A stretch of DNA of 64,000 nucleotides from Psilocybe cubensis (lineage: Eukaryota), in assembly GCA_017499595.2 (NCBI GenBank), contig CM039000.1, forward strand, positions 434,001-498,000, read 5' to 3'. Shown piece after piece: positions 1-14,902 of the stretch. Position 1 is the stretch's first letter. Every line of letters begins with the position of its first letter. The position numbers and the translations under genes are program-made. Below the pieces are notes generated by a model, which saw only the letters and a list, made by a program, of their open reading frames with translations, made no database searches and was not told where the DNA came from.

Positions 1-1792
1 CATTCGTGATTTAATTTCTGAAGTTTTTATTCTCATCTAATAGATTTTTCTGTATTATTTAAGATTTGTACGGCAGCGATAGTTTTACATAGATTCCGTG
101 TGCAGTACTGGATCTTTTTTTAACAACTCAACACCCTCAGCTTTACGATATGACAAGTTGTTTCCATCGCATTCCGTTATGATTTTGATTTTGTCCCATT
201 AATTACCATTAGACTTTCTGACTCCAATGTATTCGGTTATTTATCCTTGTTGAACCCATAGGTGCATGTACTCTGATCCCTGTAAATAGTAACGACAATC
301 GGGCAATGGTGCCGTCGTGAGTCCACAGCTATGCGGCTAATAAAGAATGATCCGCTCACAGCCACGTCATTATCAAAGTAAGTTTACCAAGACTCCTTAG
401 CCGTCTATGACTCCAATATGAGTCAGTACTAAAAACAAAAGAAGTTGAATATTCATTTATCTCTAATCCATCAGTACGAATTCAGAAACTGCCGGCGTCC
501 GGCTGTCAATCTGTGTGGGCGGCGGCACTGCTATGTACCTTTGTTTCAAGTTGACCCGCCCCAAATGAATATACTGCTAGTATCTGTGTATCATGTTCCC
601 ACTGTATACATATCTGAGCCGAAGTCTAACTTCGAGCTACTGGACTTTTGTTTATGCACCAATATTTATGTAGATTTCACTTCATCTAAGAGCAACTTGA
701 ATGCTAGAAATCAACATCAGACCTTGACCATGTTGTGTGCAAAATTCGTCGCCGATGATGCTCCGCTTCAATGTTTCATTCCAGCATACCTTGAATACAC
801 ATTCGTTTGTCTCGCTTCGCGGATCACAATGAAGTGCCTTTGCTGTTGTGAAGCAAAATTAACGTTCACACAAAAGATACTAGCTACGTGATGCATTCCG
901 AGTCCTTCCCATGATCATCAATACCTTAAGACTTCTCCCTTTTGGGACTAGTCTAAAGCTCTCTTATCCCTCAAAAGTGTATGCAATTAAGTATGTGATT
1001 TCTACCCGTGACGAAGCTTAACGAAGCTTAGTTGAGAGATACTCCGGTTAGGAGGCTCAGTCACTGGTTATCTAAACTTCCTTCCTATCTTCACCTTTTA
1101 GAGGTGGAAGAAAGCAGGCGTTGATCAACTAGTGCTTATATGTAGACTCAGAGCTATCAGAAGATGAGCCTGCCTTATCTCATAACGTATCACGCTTAAG
1201 ATCGCTAAGATACGCGAGAAGATTACAACCTAAGTGCTAAACTCTGCACGCCTGCAGTTGCTAGAACGGTATCCGTAGTAGCTTCATTGCCAGAAGTTTC
1301 TATCACTGGGCCGCACTATATTTTGAGAAACTATGGTTCTCTATCACCTATCACAATTTTCCCTGACCTTGTTCACCCATGTAAATTGCGTTTGGGTATG
1401 TCTATAAATAGACAAGATATCCATCGATTTCACAGGTGTAATGTTCTGACACTTAGGTTGTTACTTCAATACAATACTTACAAGCCATCCATACTTACAG
1501 TCATTTCTCTTACTCCCCACCTTGACGTAGAATTGTGGCAAATTGTGGTTGATTGCAAACCCCCTGTATCCGCGGATAATTTAACGTCACGTGGCTCCGG
1601 GTGTGCACCCGAATTTCAGAATCAAAACGCCTTCTCTTCCATTGTGCACGCAACTTGTTCCAATTCTTATACCACCGCGGGATATCCAAGCGGGTAATCA
1701 AACCTTTTTTGCTTCCTTTCTTCAGCGTTCAACAACTAATACGGTACCCTGAAGTTTGGGACTTCAAGAAAACGTCCAATCGTTCAAGGTCC

Positions 1793-4678
1793 ATGTCGGA
1801 GCAAGATCCTCTACTTGGAGAGCGAGGTTCAGAAGGATACGACGGAGATCGATCTGTCGGAAAGGCTGTACGAACAGTTGGACCTTTGGATATATCACGC
1901 TCGACACGTTATGGGATATTGGCAGGCCTTTGGAGTGCGACGTTTCTCTCAGTGCGTTCTCATGGATTTTGTGCAATGTAATTAGCTTCTGATTTGCATT
2001 GGCTTCCTTAGGCCCTTAACCGTGAGTGGCAACTGCTCATAGAAGTATCGATGAATTCACGTCTCTGCAGAAACTTTGGTTCCAACTAGTGCGTCGGCAT
2101 GGGCCCGTGCTCTCTTAAAATATACACAAGCTGATGACGCCATGTTAGTGATACCCTCAATATCATCCGAATTCAATAGATCAAATCAGGCGAGTTGGCT
2201 GGGCACGTCGTGAGTTCCACGATCCCATATATCCCGACATATCTAAAAGCATACAGATATCTACTAGCGACATGTACCTTTACGCCACTGTATGGGCGTC
2301 TTTGCAATGTGTTGGGCAGGAAAGGTGCTAACCACACCGCTCTGGTTTTCGCCGGCGCTGGAGTTCTCATGTGCGGATTATCAAATAGCATGGAAATGTT
2401 GATTACAGCACGATTCGTGAGCTCTGTTTTGATTCCAGCAAAAACTGATGTTCATTTTTCATAGCTTTCAGGGATCGGAGGAGGTGGATTGATGACAACT
2501 TCATCGTGAGCGAACTACTCTTGCTCATCTAACAGTTCTAATCGCTTCTTCAGGATCATTGTCAGCGATATGTACAGCATGAGAGTTGGTTGAAGGATCT
2601 CTCAAAGTTGGCTTGGTATTCACGCTGATTTACAGAGTCGAGGTCTGACACAAGGTGTTGCAAGTGTCTTCAATGGAGTGAGTTTGCCAACCGGATCGAT
2701 CAAACTAGAATGTGACACGTTCTAGCTTGGATTGGGATTTGGAGGACCTTTTGGCGGATTAATCACCGACTGGTATATCAACCATCATGTCGGTCTAGGA
2801 CAGCTTCCGCTAATCACTGTGCCTTTAGGTTGGGATGGAGATGGGCGTTCCTCATCCAAATCCCTCTCTTTTTTGTGTCATACTGTTTGACGACCTATAA
2901 CTTGAATTATGTCACCGAGGTAAGGCTTCCTCTCAGCTTGGGTGTCCCCTCAATCCGATCCGACATACTAGGGAACGGGGAAAAGCACCAAGGAAATTCT
3001 GCGACGGATCGATTACCTAGGGAGTGCAAGTTTGATGATGACTGTAAGATTTCTTTGATTCTGAATCCCGTCTTTTCTCATCGCCATCATGCACAGGTTG
3101 GCTCTATCCTTATGTTTCTCAGTGCCCGCTACAATGAAACGCTTCCAGTAAGCTTGTCGTGATTTTTTTCAATTCTTAACAGTTTTTACGTCCGTTTACA
3201 GTGGTCCAATCCTCGTGTGATTATTTCTATCACTTCCGCGGCTGTTTTTTCCGTTATTTTCTTCCTCGTTGAACTTTTTGTTTCACCTGAACCGGTTCTA
3301 GCCCCGTTCCTTCTAAGACGGAAGATTCCAGTTCTCGTCGGGTTCTCAAACTTTCTTGTTGCCATCTGCAATTTTTCTATTGTTTATTTCTTCCCGATGT
3401 GGTTCCAAACAGTTTGCTTGACAAACGCCTCTACCGCAGGTAAGAGTATTTCGCTGTTATGTGTTACATGGTCAGGAATTGATTTCTAACACACCGCAAG
3501 GTTTACACCTGCTTCCGAACAGTCTTTCCATGTCAACAGGGTCTCTGTTCGCCGGATGGATGATGCATAAGACGGGCCGGTACAAAAAGATAAATCTCGT
3601 TTTCGGAGCATTCCCATTCATTGCAGCTGTTTTTATCTATCACATACGTGAAGATTCAGGACCAATACAATCGTGGTTCAGCATTGTATGCCGTATTCCA
3701 TCTGCATATCTGTTGATATCTCCTGACAAGATGTCATTTTGACAGATTCCCCTGGGCTTTGGAAACGCCGTTGTTCTTCAAACTATGCTCAGTATGTCTA
3801 GTTTCTTCACTTTTATGCATGTGGCTGTGAGTGAGACAAAACTTCTTAGTTGCATTGTTGGTCCATGTTCCAGGTCAGTCGTCCTTTTCACCGAACACAT
3901 TGATCCAAAATTTTGACCCTTTTCGTCAGAGAACTGTATGGCCATAGGTACTGGGTTCGGTCAGCTCTTCAGAGGAGTAGGCCAAGTTGGAGGTGTGGCA
4001 ATATCTTCAGCTATATTCCAGTCCAAATTGGAGACAGAACTTCGTAAACGAATACAAGGACCGGATGCTGATGACGTACGTATTCACACGCGTGGGTCCC
4101 TGTGGATGCACACACTTACAACTATCGTCCTATCTATATTCTGTTGTTCACATAGTGGGTCAAGAAAATTCGCCAAAATGCGCGCCTTATCATACAACTT
4201 GATCCAGACATGCAGCGAAAAGCGCGAGACGCATACTCTGTAAGCTTGAAATCTGTGTTCTTCTTTGCTGCGTGCTCTACGTTGTTAGCATACATTGTCC
4301 GACTTCCGGTAAAATTTTTTTTGGTGTTTGACTTACTCCCTGCGGTTGTTAACAGCGGTATGTTGATAGATTCCCGACAAGAAACTAGAGCATCGGAAAC
4401 CCAGGCCAAAATCGTCTCAGGAGCCTACGGAACCATCGACGCAGACCTCAAGTAGCTCCGGCTTTGATTCCCATGAAGAACCTGCCTCCTCTTCATCTGC
4501 AACCCCATTCGATAGCGATGGAGACGATGATAATGATAACGACTTTAACGACCCAAATAAAACACAAGACTTTCGAAAAACTCCACGCCGACGGCTATCA
4601 ACGTACGAAAACGCTGACGAGGTTATCGCTGATTTGGAACAAAATAAAGTAGCTAACACAGGGAGAATGCAGAGGTGA
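1793..4678 (+). CDS. Multi-exon MFS transporter (DHA2/vacuolar basic amino acid transporter-like)
   Basis: Spliced fragments MSEQDPLL..., TPLYGRLCNVLGRK (MFS motif A-like), GWRWAFLIQIP, PEPVLAPFLL, GQVGGVAISSAIFQ; many short GT-AG introns; acidic C-tail ending TGA at 4676-4678. Confidence 0.85.
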
Positions 4679-6103
4679 TTGCTGTCGTTGGATACCAAAC
4701 AATACTACTAAAAGTGATGGGCCACGATGGTCAGCGCGGCCACGAGCATCCCACGACTTTTTCTTTCTACCAATTTCATAGATGCTTGCATGCTTTGCAG
4801 AACATTTTGTTATCTTCTTCATTCCTGTTTTGCCTGTTGTGTATCTATCATTCCGATCGAGTAATGCAGTGCTCTGGTGGTTTTAATTACGCAGTGCCTA
4901 TTCCCAGACGCTGAGAATCAGATTCAGGATGCCATCTTGAAATACCTAGAGATACGTGTCTTGCATGTAGTTAATTGTGTCAAAACACTTACTCGAAGGA
5001 GGTATCCTAGTGCGAAGGTACTCTGGTTCTAATTTTATATCCAATTCCAGTATGTCTAAGAGGTCGTTGCTGCCGACTTGGTCAGTAACCTGAATTATTG
5101 CTCAAGTGGGTATATAAACAATCCTGATCATGCGCTCGTCCGAATTTGGCGTACATATTAAGGTCTAGGCAACCTGACAGTTGACTCACTGCTTGATCCA
5201 CCGTCGGCCGTGATTTGAATACAATACTGGTCATTTGTGATATGAGAGATGAGATATCCACTAATTACTCGTCTTGCTAGTTCCCTTGGGCCTTAACGAG
5301 TGCGGCCTCCATTGAAACCAACTTAACGCTACATCGATTGACTAGCAACTAGAAAGCCTACAAGACAATATAGTATAATGCCTTGTGATAAAAAATAGCA
5401 GTGAATCATAATACAATAGTCAATATTGTAATTTTCACGATACCCTAAAAGCACCCTTGGTACGTTGGCATCACAACCCAGAACATAAGTTATGAGAAAC
5501 CAACTGCTATAGAATGGACGAACATCGTATCTTAAACCATATCTACCAAGTAACTCCTTTAAAAACATGTGTCTTCGAGGACTTATACTGATATTCGTCT
5601 ATTTCTTTACAGTGGTTGATTGACAACAGCTCCAGATTTAGGGTCATTAGTAGTCGCATCAGCGCCGTATAGTTGTATCTCAAAAGTGTTGGCCAGATAC
5701 GGTGGAAGGCGATATTTATGCCGTTGTATATACACATATATCAACAATGCAATTTTGAGCGTGGTATGAATGTAGAGAGCAAGATTTGGATGCTTCCATA
5801 CTAGTTTCCATCAGGTTTACTGAGATCAAATCCCAAGTTGCTGTGTGCAGCCGTTTTGTCGGCCGTAAGCGGCCGACTTTACAAACTCAGAAGGCTATAC
5901 ATTTTAATTTTAGAGTCCGCCATCAATTTTCTTCAAAAAGCCGAGTCCTGCCGAATAAGCACAAAATTGCAAATGGTGTTGTAAAACTCGGTTCAAGCAA
6001 CCAATGTAGGTTACTCATAGAGTAAAATATTACACTCGGGTCTCTATGAGTCTATCTACCACCCACAAGCAAATCTAAAACGACTATTCTTCCGTCATTT
6101 CTA

Positions 6104-6870
6104 TCATGCCTTCGAAAAATCGGCTGTCAATTTGACACAGAACATGTCGGTATCATCTGGGGTTAACCCTTTCACTTCGACATTAAAATTGGCTGGAAAG
6201 GCAAAATGTCACGTTAGGAGGAAAGTTTTTAGAGGGAATTGGATTAGTGTGTATTGAAACCAACCTGGAGGAATGTCCTTAGGAAGAGCTACTGTATGGG
6301 AGATTGTATACGAGTCGGGTAGCACAGGGCACTGGACTGTTGCATTCGCCTTGCGACTATGAGACTGCGTAAGCTCATACCATTTACGCAGAGAGAGATA
6401 GAAGACGCACGCTTCTTCACAGATATCGTAATTTTTCTTAATTATGTTGATCAAACCAACTTTCACTATAACGTTTGCATTTGCTCCTTCCTGTCGTATC
6501 AGCTTATGAGTGACGCGTAAACAGACATTATGCAGTTCAAAGACAAACTTTTATTTCTCTCTGAACCAACGCCTTCACGGTGACGGTTAAATCCTTTCCA
6601 GGTTTGGGAGGGTCTGGAGAAATCTGAATCGATTCTATCTTCACTCCATCGTCGGATAGTCCTGAGCAGAGAATGAGTGGCCAGCTCAGCTGTCCTATAT
6701 ACACCTAATCATTTCGTACCACAGTTCACCCAACTCCAGCTCTCAAAGGTATGTACCGAACCATTGATGGCTTCCATGACCTGCTGCTCAGATTCACCGC
6801 TACCTGCAACTAGAGACAGAGTAGGAGATGCGAGAGCTAGAAATGCTGCGAAAATGAGGGTTGAGCGCAT
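6104..6870 (-). CDS. ML-domain (NPC2 / PG-PI transfer protein-like) secreted lipid-binding protein
   Basis: Signal peptide MRSTLIFAAFLALA, then WSWVNCG, IQISPDPPKPGKDLTVTV, VKVGLINII...DICEEA, VQCPV...VALPKDIPP, DMFCVKL; spliced. Confidence 0.85.
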
Positions 6871-7599
6871 GGTGGATAGAGTTGTGGTGCAAGTTGTTGA
6901 GTGTCTGGTAGTGTGATTTATATACGTATAGAACTGGTCTTCTTTTCGGTCCAGGCTACAGGTTGAATGGTCATTACGTATGCGTTACTCGCTTTGCTAG
7001 CAATCTGACTAGCTGAAATTGCGGAGACTCGCATATGTTAAAGACCCCAAGTTAAATAAGTTATGACGACGTTCACAGAATCACAATGATCTTGACTAGA
7101 AAAACAATCGATGCCTCCTGTGATCTCAGAGAGTTGATTTTTGTGAGTGCGGTATCACGTCTGGATGTGCCAGGTACAATTATTATTAGTGAGAAATACC
7201 TTCAAACACTCAAGGTGGTTCTCCGAACAGTACGACGCGCCTAGTTTTGTCTAATAATCGCATAACGTTATCACCTCTACTAGATTTCAGTTGTCACCAA
7301 AAAGTTACCAATTAGTTAAGGATTTCATCACCATGCCGAAAGTACAACTTTTATGTTGAGAGTGTCTTCAGCTAATTAGAAAACTGTGAGATACCCGATA
7401 CTGTGTTCCAAGAGTAACTATTGCATCATAAATTTACCGGTCAATCATGACGTTAATTCATGTCGAAGAAGGAAGAACGAACCATCTCCAATTGCATGGC
7501 AGGATTCATCTAAGGAGTTAATCTGTTGGTTTTCGACATTTGAACTTGCACGGTTCGTAACTTCGTTCCTAGAAATATGTCGCTTCATTCTCCAAACAT

Positions 7600-8396
7600 C
7601 TAATGCCGCATTCCGAAAATTACACCAAAACCGATTAAAAGAGCACCTATCACTTGCAAAGGTCTAATTATTGCCATTTGGTTACGAAACCTGTCCAACT
7701 CTTGTTCTGCTTCTTCGTGTCGTCTCCTAGCTCCAGTCAAAACATCTATGTGAGGCGGTCTTGAATAATGTTGTCCCGCACCCATTGAAGTTGAACCCGC
7801 CGGTCTTTGCGGAGGCGGTCGATACGCATAGTCGGGAGGTGGCGTCTTCTGAAATCCTCTGGAAGGAGATTCCCAAGCATGACTGGCTCGCGCAGCCCTT
7901 GAAGGTGGTGGACGTGGATGGTAAACGTGTCCATGGCGAGGTGGAGCGCGATGTAGTAGGCTGCGGTCATACGCTCGCCTGAAGCAGTGTTAACATTCCG
8001 CCATATTAAATAGTGATACCACGATGCTCACCTATCACGGTCATTACTCAACACTGAGTAAGCCTCGCTAGCCTTTTGGAACAGTGCGCGCGATGACGGG
8101 TCTTTGGATACATCAGGGTGATGCAATTTGCTTAGCTGAAGCCATATAAGGCCATGGCATTCTACATGATAGCGGGGAAGAACAAAACCTTGTAAAAATG
8201 TGACTAAACAAACTTGGAATGTCAGTACAAGAGTCCCCACCAGTAGTTTGCTTGGCCCATCATGGCTTACTTTGATTTGAGATTTCGATGCTCCTTCTGG
8301 CACCCCTAACGTTTCATAATGCGTGCGTCTTCTGCATGTTGTCGAAAATTGTCTAATTTTAAGCCGAAAAAAAGATGATTTTGTCGACGTTATCAT
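7600..8396 (-). CDS. DnaJ/J-domain protein with probable mitochondrial presequence and C-terminal TM segment
   Basis: THYETLGV...[12 protein letters not shown] (HPD motif), [12 protein letters not shown]...RAYD; basic N-terminus; hydrophobic C-terminus [14 protein letters not shown]. Confidence 0.85.
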
Positions 8397-8584
8397 CGTC
8401 TAATGTCGATGTGGTGGTGGTTGAATGCTGAGAGCGGCGTCACCGGCTAAACATGGGGCAAAAACTGTGAGAGATGGGTTAGGGTTTAGGTGCGCGGTCC
8501 TCGGTGTGGATGGCGAATGCAGAGCAAAAGAGCCTTTCTTCCGTGTACCACAGTGCGTCGAGGCTGGGGGTTTGCGAGGACATC

Positions 8585-9402
8585 ATGAACAGTCCTATTC
8601 AAATGACATTGGATTTAGTGAGCTCGTTATTATCCTTTCTCCTTTCAGCTGTGAAATCGACTTATGTCAGTCTTACAGGTTGTGGATCGTCTGACACTGA
8701 AAGATGCTCTACGAGGAGTTCTACATTCTATACTCTTTCATCGCCTTTTGGGGACAATTAAGCCGCAGACATTTGAGGTTCTTGACGTGACGATGGTAAA
8801 GGATACATGCCTTGGCACAGCGAGGGTTTCCACTGACAGATTGGAACGTAGCCTGGTGTATCAGATCCTCAAATCGAACAGCTTGTATATGAAAAGGTGG
8901 ATGCCTTTTGGAAGGGGATTGAAGGAGGTCCAAGCAAAAGGGGGCAGGTACACAAGCGCTCATTTATGCACGACTCGCCGCTTACCCTTGTACAGATGGT
9001 CGTGACCATGGCTGAGAAAAAAGTCAAGAAAACCTGGTTTTCTACGGGTGAGGAAGAGGTTCCATGGGAGCAGTGGTACGCCTATTGCGATGATGACGAA
9101 ATGCCCTTACACTAACGTTGTTCCCCAGGGTAATCAATGCTGAACTTCGACAACCAAAAAATGACCGTGGTTCGTGCTGAAGGATTCCTTTCTCTTCTTT
9201 TTTGCTCATATTCCAAACGAAAGATCGCGAGACCTTTCATGCAAACCTGGCTTCAGCGCTAACGAAAGCGATCAATACCATCCTCACATATACTGCATCC
9301 GACAAAGGTCGCGCAGCAGTCCCTCCTATCACTGACGCTTCCTCGATATCACCTTTTCCTTTCAAAGTGACCGCCAAAGTCGGAAACTTGGAAATCGGCT
9401 GA
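8585..9402 (+). CDS. ATG101: Autophagy-related protein 101
   Basis: LRGVLHSILFHRLLGTIKP, WF finger KKTWFS, EEVPWEQW, VPPIT...PFPF; multi-exon; head-to-head with the DnaJ gene. Confidence 0.85.
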
Positions 9403-10398
9403 ACTGCACTCAATTATCTTTGATGACCCCACATCCCTATCGGTCGAAGAAGGCCCAATTCTAATGCTGCGCTGTTTCGCGATGGTTAATCGATCTGGAT
9501 AGACATGAATACATACCCGGTAAGCTGGCATAGCTTCCTCAGAAGCTGCACTTAGATCGTCTAGATACTCCCATGCGAGGCCTGCGTGCTAACAAAAGCA
9601 TGAGCCTAGTTTCAATACGAGACTTATTTCGAATGAACCACCAAGACGACATCTGAACCCAAGAGTGTTTACGCTAGATCATCATCAAGGAGAAGACCTA
9701 TGAAGAACAACGATGCGCATTTTGAAGGATGGTCTAGGCTTGCCAGCTTTTTTCAGTTCCCATGAAGTCAAATACCTGTGGTTATTTTTCGCTGAAGTGG
9801 ATTAACCCGTGACAGAGTCGTTCACGTCATCCCTAAAATGCTGGCATATCTGCTACTCAAATTCAAACCCTTCTGGGATACCTGGGTCACTTGAATGTTC
9901 ACTAGATGAAAGAAGAGCCGCTCTTGCTCTCACACCTTGATCGCGCAGTAGCTTCGTCTATTTCAGGCTTGTCTCTTATCGCCTTCATACAGGATTAACA
10001 ATCTTTGGTTACAAGAAACACTAGACAACATTCCTTTCAGACAAGATGATACTCAAGGATTTCACTTTCTCAAATGCAAAATCATACGAATTTTTGCAAA
10101 AATTTGGTTGAAAATGCACATAGTTAGAAATAGAAATAAGGTTCGTGCCCCACTACGCCTCTCAGAAACGAGGTGATGGATGCCATCTAGAGTTCCGTCA
10201 GCGAAGCTTTTTCGAGCGTCTCTTCATATCGCTATCCAAGTACCGATACTGCGGCGTCGTCGGTCGACGTATATAAAGCTCTCCCCTCACGACACTGGGT
10301 TTCCTCAGTGCCATCACCATCCGTTGTATTGGCCCTTCTGTGCTCAAACCCTTTACTCCCTTCTTTTTTTCCTACTTTGCTCACTTGTTAGACAAGGA

Positions 10399-13300
10399 AT
10401 GCCACCACGAGCGTCATCAAACCGAGGCGGTACCCATAGGGGAGGAGCAAACGTTCCTCCCCGAGGGGCCCGAGGCGGTGGTGCCGGTCGTGGAGGCCAG
10501 TCCTCAATCAGTCTACCTGGTGCGGCAGGTGAGCACTGAAATTGCAATAGAATAGTCGAATATTATTCCACCTTTGTGGATATCTGTTAACCTTTTATCA
10601 TCATACTAGCACCGTCTATTTCGTCCCATGTCAAGACCGTTGGTGTCAAAAGACCCAATTATGGCTCTGCTGGACGGGCCATGGAAGTTTATGTCAATTC
10701 CTTTGCTGTCAAAGATGTGCCAACTGGCCATGTTTTTCACTATGATGGTATGCTTTAACTATGTTCCCTTTGTCTCCATTTTTGAAACCCACAACTCTGA
10801 CTTGATGGATCTTGCGTAGTCGGTAAGTTGTTGACACCCTTTTGACTTCATTTTTTGGAGAGTGTGTCAACGAATCCTAACTTGTTTATAGTTGTGGAGC
10901 CAGACAAACTGCCTGCTAGGTTTAATATGAAGCTTTTCAAAGTTTTGCAAGAACAGGAAAAGAATGTGTTTGAGCCAAAGATCTCATATGATGGTCAAAA
11001 AAATGCGTTTGCACCCAGAGAACTCCCTTTGGGTCCAAATGACAGTCGAAAGGTAAGTAATGAGTACCACTGGCTGCTGGCCGAAGTCCGATCAGGTATT
11101 CTTTTCCTTTCCCAAACAGTTCCCGGTTAGCCTTCCCCAAGCAAATGGAGGGAGCAAGCCGACAAGACCACCAAAAGTCTATCATATCACGCTCACGAAA
11201 GTCGCGAAGATAAACCTAGCGTTCGTTTCTATTTGATTATTTCCTATGACCTTATATTCTGACTCGTTGTCGAATCATTCTGAATAATTAGTGTCCTCGA
11301 GAACTACCTCAATGGCCAGCAGTCCCATGATGAGACCGTGCTGACCGCTATCATGGTCAGTACGCTATCAACGATGCATATAGCACCCAGTTAATCTCTG
11401 AACTACGCTAGGCCCTTAATGTTGTCATTCGCATGGAACCAAACCAGAATAACACGTTCAATAAGCGTTCCTTTTTCATTCCTGAAGGTAGGCGCCCTAT
11501 CGGTAAAGGCATGGAATTATGGCGTGGTATTTTTCAATCTATCCGCCCAACCTTTCAAAAACTCGTCGTCAACATCGACCTTGCCACCGCTGTGATGTAC
11601 CGTGAAGGCCCATTAATCAATCTCTGTATGGAATATTTCTCAGCGGATGTCCCAAATATCGGCCCAAAGTCATTCACAGCCAATGTACTCTCGGAGTATA
11701 GGAGGGTTCAACTCGCAAGGTTTATTTCTGGTTTAAGTGTTACCGTCGCTACTACCGGATCCAAGATGAGGGTCATTCGCGGGCTTAGCGCAGAGGGAGC
11801 GAGCACCTACAGGTTTGAAGCCCGCGAAGGCCACAGCCTCACCGTCGCCCAGTACTATAAAAGCATTGGGATGGTTCTGCAATATCCAGATGTCCTTTGC
11901 GTTCAGGTTCGTATCTTCAGCTTCCTCCATCTTCAACGAATCGTGACAATGTATTTAGTTGGGATCCTCTGCCATGGTACCCCTCGAATTGTGCTTTGTA
12001 CCAAGGGGTCAAGTTATGCGCAAGCAAGTACCAGCCGACAAAGTCAACGATGTACTAGAGTTCTCGACGATGAGGCCACAGGAACGTCTGGAGCAGATCA
12101 AAAAGGGTATTAGGGTAATTACCACTGTATCCACGCCAATGAGTGTTGCACTGATTTGGGTACCGTCCAGGACCTTCAATACGGGCAGTCTGATTACGTG
12201 CGTGATTTTGGGATGGAAATAAACCCCAATCCTATGAAAGTTCAGATGCGCGTTATCGACCCCCCAAAACTCAGATATGGTCCAGGCAGTCAACCAATCG
12301 TCGTAAGTCTATATTTAGTCTGAACCATGCCTCATATCCTCTTAAACCTTTTCCTTGCTCGCAGAACCCTCGCAATGGCTCCTGGAATATGTTCGTAGAC
12401 CTTATTGTTTCTTGGGATACTTGTACTTGTTGCTAATTTTGGTGTTTGAAGGCTTGACAAGAAATTTTATAAGCCAGCTACCATCGCGCGGTGGATTGTC
12501 GTTGTATATGAGAGTCGAAACCGGTTCAGAGATGATGTCCAGAGATTTATCATCAAATCTTTTCTTGACGCATGCAAAGGCGTGGGTGAGCTTACGTCTT
12601 TTTTCGATTTTTCCTGCCCTTTAACTGTCTCATCCAGGTGTAGTTGTTGAGAATGAGACTCCATTGGTAAAATTTGAGCACCCACATGGGAAAATTCAGG
12701 ATGTACGTGTGTTTTTTTATCATAAATATTCTGAATCTTGTGCAAAGCGTCCTGAAACGAGTTTAGCAACTCCTCCTCGCCGGCAAGGAGTGCATGGCGA
12801 AGTTGAATGGACTGCCCACGCTAATGGTAATCATTCTCCCTGAGGGAGCGGGCGACATTTATACCGCCGTGAAGCAGTATGTGCTGAATGTCATGGTGCG
12901 AACTATTATTCTAACTACTTTGGCAATAGCTTTGGAGACGTTACAGTGAGCCTTCTTTTTTTTGTCGAGTTCCAAGTTGACTGGTTTATAGGTTGGAGTA
13001 GCGACTCAATGTCTCAAATTTTCGAAGTGTGCTAGGGCGAAATCGCAATACTGGGCAAATGTTTTATTGAAGTAATTCTATTGCCCTCTGAGGGTTTCAT
13101 GACGTGTCGACAAAGCTCTAAATATTTATCAGGGTAAACGTAAAACTTGGAGGCATAAATGTTATACCCGATCCTGGACACCCTTCGGTAGCCGCAATTA
13201 CAGACCCGCACAATCCTACTATCGTTATGGGTAAGTTCATCACGTTCAAGCTTATAACTTGTACGCTCAAAAGAGCACATTCCGTATAGGCGCAGATGTC

Positions 13301-14638
13301 ATACATCCTTCTCCTGGCTCCAATGATCGCCCGTCGTTTACTGCCCTTGTTGGGAGCGTCGACTCTAACGCTGCCAAATACGTTCCGACGACTCGTGTGC
13401 AAACTGGACGTCAAGAGATTATTGAGGATCTAGAGGACATGACCAAAGTACGCATTTGGCATTTGACAGATTGGGTCCTTTTGGCTCAGCGAATATTCTA
13501 GGAAATTCTTCAGCTCTTCATTAGCTACCAACGAGGTGTTGAGAAGAAGTCAGGAAATCTTAAGAGGCTCATCTTCTATCGAGGTATGTTCGCCAAATGC
13601 TGCAGGGCCGTGTTTTCATGTCTGTGCCTCGTAATAGATGGTGTTTCCGAAGGACAATTTAAGCATGTGTTAGAAAATGGTATTGTCTTAGTCGTTCATG
13701 TCTTCTCTTCCGTGATCTCATTGCGATGGCTCACAGAACTTCCTATGATTCAACGTGCGTATACGGGCATACTTTCATGCATAAAACCTTAAAATTGCCA
13801 CAGGAGCGTGTGCAGAACTAAAGCTGAACCCGAAAATTACACTCATTGTTGTTGGAAAGCGCCATCATAACCAGTGAGGAGTTTCTTCAAATCTTGATAT
13901 ACCCATGTCCTTATTTGATTTTTTAGACTTTTCCCAACAGGACCTACAGAGGATAGGAGCGGAAATTGTCCAGCCGGCTCCGTGATCGATCGCGAAATCA
14001 CACACCCAACAGATTTTGATTTTATTTTACAAAGCCATGCCGGAATCCTTGGGACTAGTCGCCCTGGCCACTATTCCGTGAGTGCATATTCATTGCATGA
14101 TGGCACACTCATTCATACCTTTCATCAGGTCTTGCATGACGTATGTTTCGTTTAGTTGAATGAAGCATAAAAAACTAATGGGATTCCTTGACCGGCTACT
14201 GCTTCCTTAGGAATATGGATTCAAGTGCGTACCTTGTAAAATAATTTCGCAATGATCTAACTAAGACGCCTTTCAGTGCCGACTCCCTACATGCCCTTTC
14301 ATTTGCGTTATGTCATGTATACGCACGTTCTACGCGCTCTGTTTCCATCCCTGCTCCGGTTTATTGTTTGTCGCGTTCAGTTTGACACTCTGAGCACATT
14401 CTAATTCAGTTTCAGATGCCGATATCGTCTGTTCACGTGCAAAGAACCATTACGATCCACAAGGCTCGCTGCGGTTGTCCGAGACAGGATCTCAGGTCTC
14501 CGGCACAAGTGGAGGTTATTTGGAGTCATTCAAAGCTGGATTCAAACCTCTTCACAGCAACCAGAAGCGGTTAATGTACTTTTGTGTAAGTTTAAACTTG
14601 GTCCTAGATTTAAAGTAATTGCTCATTTATTCCAGTAA
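10399..14638 (+). CDS. Argonaute (QDE-2-like; N-terminal RGG, PAZ, MID, PIWI)
   Basis: RGG-rich N-terminus; [85 protein letters not shown], terminal MYFC; many introns. Confidence 0.95.
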
Positions 14639-14902
14639 TTTTTGTCTCAACCAACAAACTTCCGATTCTGTGCTTTGTGTTTGTAGTAGTCTCATATATC
14701 TTCCTAATGGCAAGTTACTGCGGTCGACTCCATGGTAACCTGTCATTCATTTCTCTCCTTTTGAGCAATATTTGAAACATAGCGTTCAACGTGTGTTATT
14801 GTTATTGTTGTTGTTGTTGTGTTGTGTGTATATCTTCTGTTTTTAAATTGACATGTCACCGTGATGGTCATGTAAAGACAGGGCCATTTCATACCTGTAT
14901 GT

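Noticed and set aside
1-1700. ORFs 445-891 and 1287-1697
   Set aside because: Non-ATG starts, no recognisable motifs or splice pattern; treated as intergenic.
4900-6050. Short ORFs between the MFS and ML genes
   Set aside because: No domain signal or repeat structure that I could support.
10399-14638. Argonaute as transposon cargo or prokaryotic-type defence operon
   Set aside because: It lies outside the TIR/TSD boundary and is a typical intron-rich eukaryotic AGO.
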